Assembly: GCA_013239625.1 (NCBI GenBank)
Contig: MU054049.1
Coordinates: 2,173,892-2,237,891 of the forward strand
DNA: 64,000 nucleotides
Direction: 5' to 3'
From: Lama guanicoe
Lineage: Eukaryota
In this document: positions 63,685-64,000 of the stretch, in pieces
How positions within the stretch are numbered: position 1 is the stretch's first letter
Layout: each line of letters opens with the position of its first letter
The notes under the pieces: generated by a model
Databases searched by the model: none
The model's input: the letters and a program-made list of their open reading frames with translations, nothing else
What the model was told of the DNA's origin: nothing
Made by a program: the position numbers and the translations under genes

Positions 63685-64000
63685 TTCATCAATGTCTTAT
63701 AGTTTTCAAAGTACAGGTTTTTCACCTCCTTGGTTAAATTTATTCCTAGGTATTTTATTCTGTTGATGCAATTGTAAATGGGATTGTTTTCTTAATTTTT
63801 TTTTCCTGAGAGTTCATTATTAGTATATAGAAACATGACAGATTTATGTGTACTGATTTTGTATTCTGCAACTTAATTTATGGTTCTAACAGTTTTTTGG
63901 TGGAGTCTTTAAGGTTTTCTACATGTAGTATCGTGATATCTGCAAATAGACCAGTTTTACTTCTTAGTTTCCAATTTGGATGCTTTTTATTTCTTTTTGT

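Larger units (their letters stand above)
61406..64000 (-). mobile_element. L1 (3' UTR + ORF2), continuing beyond the window
   Basis: ORF 62302-62646 ([20 protein letters not shown]...MFTAALFKIAKIWK). Confidence 0.9.

Overview
Mammalian genomic DNA, most likely camelid, inferred from four tRNA-derived SINEs that look like the camelid Vic-1 family and from camelid-like young L1 3' ends. I find no convincing protein-coding exon; the only protein-like ORFs are decayed LINE-1 ORF1/ORF2 pieces. One CpG island (~12050-12960) carries a TATA-less promoter with a perfect 22-bp palindrome (two E-boxes around a CGCATGCG core) and a forkhead site, followed by a probable non-coding first exon on the + strand (donor CAG|GTGGGC at 12616/12617). 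The remaining ~51 kb looks like a long, L1-dense 5' intronic region with one or two small candidate exons (best: 50671-50736). I cannot name the host gene. The most interesting signals are retrotransposition anatomy: a probable L1 3' transduction carrying an orphan MER33 fragment, a 5'-complete but tail-less L1 flanked by a duplication, an ancient twin-primed L1, and several nested insertions. I see no evidence for a new gene system. Repeat family names come from recalled consensus sequences, not a search, and repeat boundaries are approximate unless a target-site duplication (TSD) is quoted.
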